DNA of 21,859 bases from positions 1-21,859 of the forward strand of contig JBHGNT010000519.1 in NCBI GenBank assembly GCA_043228905.1, in the 5' to 3' direction. Both the position numbers and the translations under genes were made by a program. The notes beneath the pieces are model-generated. The model was not told the origin of the DNA. It searched no databases and worked only from the letters and a program-made list of their open reading frames with translations. The DNA is from Azolla caroliniana (lineage: Eukaryota > Plantae > Polypodiophyta). Within the stretch, counting starts at the first letter, position 1. Every line of letters starts with the position of its first letter. Positions 21,201-21,859 of this stretch are shown one piece after another.

Positions 21201-21859
21201 TTCAGAATGTGTTTTGGTGGCCCGCTTTTTTCTTCTTTTACTTTTCTCCACGTGTCTCACTTTTTGTTTGACTTATCCTCAAGACCTTGGTTTGTGTTCT
21301 TGACCTCCAGATGTGAACAAACCATACCTTATATTCTTGTAGAATTCAATATCTTGAATTCTAAAAACACTTTCACAGATGCCACTGACACATGGGACCT
21401 TGTTGACACTTCCCGACATTGTAAACCGATTGGTTGCAAATGGGTGTACAAGGTAAAGTACAATGCCGATGGTTCGGTGAACCGGTACAAGGCCTGGTTA
21501 GTGGTGAAAGGATATGCATAGACGCATGGAATCGACTACGACGAAATGTTTGCTCCGGTAGCGAAGATGACGATGGTTCGTGTGGTACTTGCAGTTGTTG
21601 CGGCAAGGGGGTGGCATCTTCACCAAATCGACGTGAAGAATGTGTTTCTTCAAGGTCTATATGATCCAACCTCCCGGTTTTCAGTCGGAGATGAACAAGT
21701 CGGCGATGTGCCGGCTTAAGAAATTGCTTTACAGTCTGAAACAAGCCCCCCTGACCTCTAAATCCGACTCATCGTTGTTCATTTGGCAAGGTTCGGACGG
21801 TCCGGTTTGCATCTTACTTTATGTAGATGATTTAGTCATCACTAGACCCGAACTCAATG
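18215..21859 (+). pseudogene. copia gag-pol pseudogene
   Basis: Gag KLNWSNYASW and AKTPKEAWENL; premature TGA at 18905; zinc knuckle CWYCSKKGHRESEC (19004-19045) and protease WYVDSGASNHMT (from 19232) in the same frame; L*HKRIDH..CEACQLGKQHR; LIHLDVW/GP..RYFLSFIDDY; RT KPIGCKWVYKVK, LYSLKQAP and YVDD (21820-21831). Multiple stops, frameshifts and deletions. Confidence 0.93.
20764..21377 (-). mobile_element. Solo LTR (614 bp) inserted in the copia RT region
   Basis: TG...CA ends with imperfect inverted termini (TGATGGAGTG / CACTTTCACA); 5-bp TSD GACGC/GATGC; removal rejoins MEEEMRALDA-TDTWDLV. Orientation inferred from the TATA box and T-rich tail on the minus strand. Confidence 0.85.

Larger units (their letters stand above)
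17651..21859 (+). mobile_element. Ty1/copia LTR retrotransposon, decayed; extends beyond the window
   Basis: 5' LTR and PBS followed by gag, protease, integrase and RT in copia order. Confidence 0.93.

Overview
Land-plant nuclear DNA, probably from a non-seed plant such as a fern or lycophyte (inferred from the transposon types; not verified). There are two intact, convergent host genes. One is a 3-exon NBP35 cytosolic Fe-S scaffold gene (+, join 359..416, 517..618, 1224..2134; 356 aa). The other is an intronless, GC-rich FIDDLEHEAD/KCS10-like 3-ketoacyl-CoA synthase (-, 9357..7777; 526 aa) whose catalytic His position is occupied by Tyr. Between them lies a complete 1.1-kb non-autonomous hAT element (21-bp TIRs, exact 8-bp TSD) that split an older tandem duplication, plus MITE-like and tandem repeats. 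The right end is a three-level retrotransposon nest: the 3' end of a minus-strand chromovirus (LTR, PPT, decayed chromodomain, repeat array) is interrupted by a decayed Ty1/copia element (5' LTR, PBS, gag-PR-IN-RT), which is in turn interrupted by a 614-bp solo LTR. I found no convincing novel multi-gene system. The best lead is the possible KCS pseudoenzyme.
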